Below are positions 61,915 to 64,000 of a stretch of 64,000 nucleotides of DNA, piece by piece. The stretch covers positions 6,262,001 to 6,326,000 of the forward strand of contig NC_082736.1 in assembly GCF_030144855.1 (NCBI RefSeq). The letters are read 5' to 3'. A program made the translations under genes and the position numbers. A model generated the notes under the pieces. The model did not search any database. It worked only from the letters and a program-made list of their open reading frames with translations, and was not told the origin of the DNA. Origin of the DNA: Hypanus sabinus. Lineage: Eukaryota. Every line of letters starts with the position of its first letter. Position 1 is the stretch's first letter.

Positions 61915-63780
61915 AGTAAATAACGTATATGAAATAACAATATAACAGAGTCCTTAAATGAGTGTAGCTGTCTCCTTTTGTTCAAGCCCCTGATGGTTGA
62001 TCGGTAGTAAGTGTTCTTGAACCTGGTGGTGCGAATCCTGAGGTACCTGTACCTTCTACCTGATGGTAGCAGTGAGAAAAGTGCATTGTCTGGGTGGTGA
62101 GTATCTTTGATGATGGACACTGCTTTCCTACGGCTGTGTTTCATGTTGATGTGCTCAGTGGTTGTGAGTGATATACAGGGCCAAATCCACTACAGTTTGT
62201 AGGATTGGTGTTGGTGTTTGTTACCAGGCCGTAATGCAGCCAGTCACCACACGTATATAGAAGTTTGGCAAAGTTTACGATGACATGCTGAATCTCAGAA
62301 AGCCCTGAGGAAGTAGAGGCACAGTTGGGATTTCTTCACAATAATATTGATATGATGGGCCTGGGACAGGTCCTCAAAGAGTGACACACAGAAATTCAGT
62401 TACTGACCCTGTCCACCACTAATCGTCCTTTGATTACAGGTCCATGGACCTCGGGTTTTCCCCTCCTGAAGCCACAATCAGTCCCTTGGTCTTATTGATA
62501 TTGAGTCGTCATTATGGCACACAGCCAAGTTTTCAGTGTCCTTCCTGTATGCTGATCAATGCAGCCCTTTGGTACAGCCCACAACAGTGGTGTCATACGC
62601 AAACTTGTAAATGGTGTTGGCAGTGTACTTGGCCACACAGTCATACTGTAGGTGAAAAGTGAGTAGGTGGGGGAGGAGGGGCTAAACTCACTTCCCGGTT
62701 GTGCTCCTGTGCTGATCGAGATTGTGGAGGAGATGTTTTTGCCAATCTGAACTGACTGGGGGCTGCACCTGGGGAAATCCAGGATACAATTGCACACGGG
62801 GGTATTGAGGCCCGGTCTTGGAGTTTACTGATTAGATTTGAGAAGAGGACAGTGTTCAATGCTGAGATGTAATCAATAAAGGGCATCCTGATGTTTGCAT
62901 CTTTGCTGTCCAGATGTTCCAGAGTTGTGTAAAGAGCCAACGAGACACATCTGCTTTTGCTTTGGTTGGTGAATTGGAGAGGATCCAAGTCACCATTCAG
63001 ACAAGAGCTGATATGCTTCAACACCAGCCTCTCAACACACTTAATCATCGTGGATCTAACAGCCACTGGGCAATAGTCATTTAAACAAGTTACCATGCTG
63101 CTGTTGGGCACCGATATGATTGAAGCTTTCTTCCAGCAGAAGGCTACCACACACTGCCAGATAGTGAGGCTGAAGATATGAAGGCATTGAGCTCATCTGG
63201 AAGCAAAGCTCTGCTGTCCCCTTTGTCACAGGATTTACCTTTGCAGGAGGTTCTGTCGTTCAAACCCTGCCACAACTGTCAAGAATCCCTATTTTATTCC
63301 AGTCTAGTCTGGAATCTCCACCTTGCCCAAGAGGCTTTCTGGAGATCACACCTGCACCTCTTGTAACACTCCTGATCTCCAGACTTGAATGCCACTGATC
63401 TGGTGCTCAGCAGGTTCTGGATCTCAGTGCTTATCCAGAGCTTCTGATTTGGGAAAACCCTGAGTGATTTTGTGGGGACACACACCTCCACAGATGTTTT
63501 AATGAACTCTGTAATGACCCTGGCCTTATCGATCAGATAGTTAGTTGAGTTCATGAACATGGCTCAGCCTGCTGACTCAAGGCAATCCTGTAACCGATCC
63601 TCTACCTCTCATGACCAACACTTGGTTATCTGGATCTCTGGAGCCTTGTTCCTTAGGCTCTGTCTGTATCAGGTATCAGGAGTACAGTCAAATGATGCAA
63701 CTTAACTACAATAGGCGTTCCTTATCCTGATGTTGCAGTGGCCTAGTGTGTTGGGACCTCGGATGTAAAAGGTTACTACT
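61915..63780 (-). mobile_element. Rex1/Babar-like element, paralogous to 15430-17500
   Basis: CLNDYCPVA, LDPLQF, ALYTTLEHLDSKDANIRM, LLPSGRRY; shares GCAGATGTGTCTCGTTGGCTCTTTACACAACTCTGG with the left copy. Confidence 0.82.
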
Positions 63781-64000
63781 TCGGATTAATTTTCTTTCAG
63801 GTGTTTATAGGAAAATAAATACCATGGAATTGATGAAAAAAATATAAACAGCAAAGACTGACAGACAACTAATGTGCAAAAGAAGACAAATAGTGGAAAA
63901 ATAAAAAAAAATATTACTGTGAAATTCAGTTGTAGAATACGTGAAAGTGAGTCTGCAAATTATGGAATCAGCTCAGAGAAGTTATTTACTCTGTTTCAAG

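Overview
Eukaryotic vertebrate DNA, most likely from a cartilaginous fish such as a ray (inferred from the repeat repertoire and the H1 sequence). About three quarters of the window is nested transposon debris: CR1, Rex1/Babar, Nimb/I-group, RTE, Penelope-like, Gypsy and solo LTRs, Tc1, hAT-Charlie, Chapaev3 and a V-SINE. The functional core is one complete replication-dependent histone quintet, H4> H3> <H1 ... <H2A <H2B. All five genes are intact and carry a 3' stem-loop and a downstream element. There are also tRNA-Gly(TCC), tRNA-Asn(GTT) and a T-arm-deleted tRNA-Asp(GTC) pseudogene. Two less obvious systems stand out. (1) Penelope-derived ~130-bp mini-elements carry a minimal type-I hammerhead ribozyme motif, with eight relics in the window and one consensus-intact copy at 40322-40357. 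(2) An inverted segmental duplication (17485-22898 vs 48047-54781) carries a promoter and candidate first exon. Its right copy splits the histone quintet, each arm acquired an independent insertion of the same CR1 subfamily, and a third, promoter-less paralog lies near the right end. All alignments and identities were made by eye, and TE boundaries are approximate unless a TSD or terminus is quoted.
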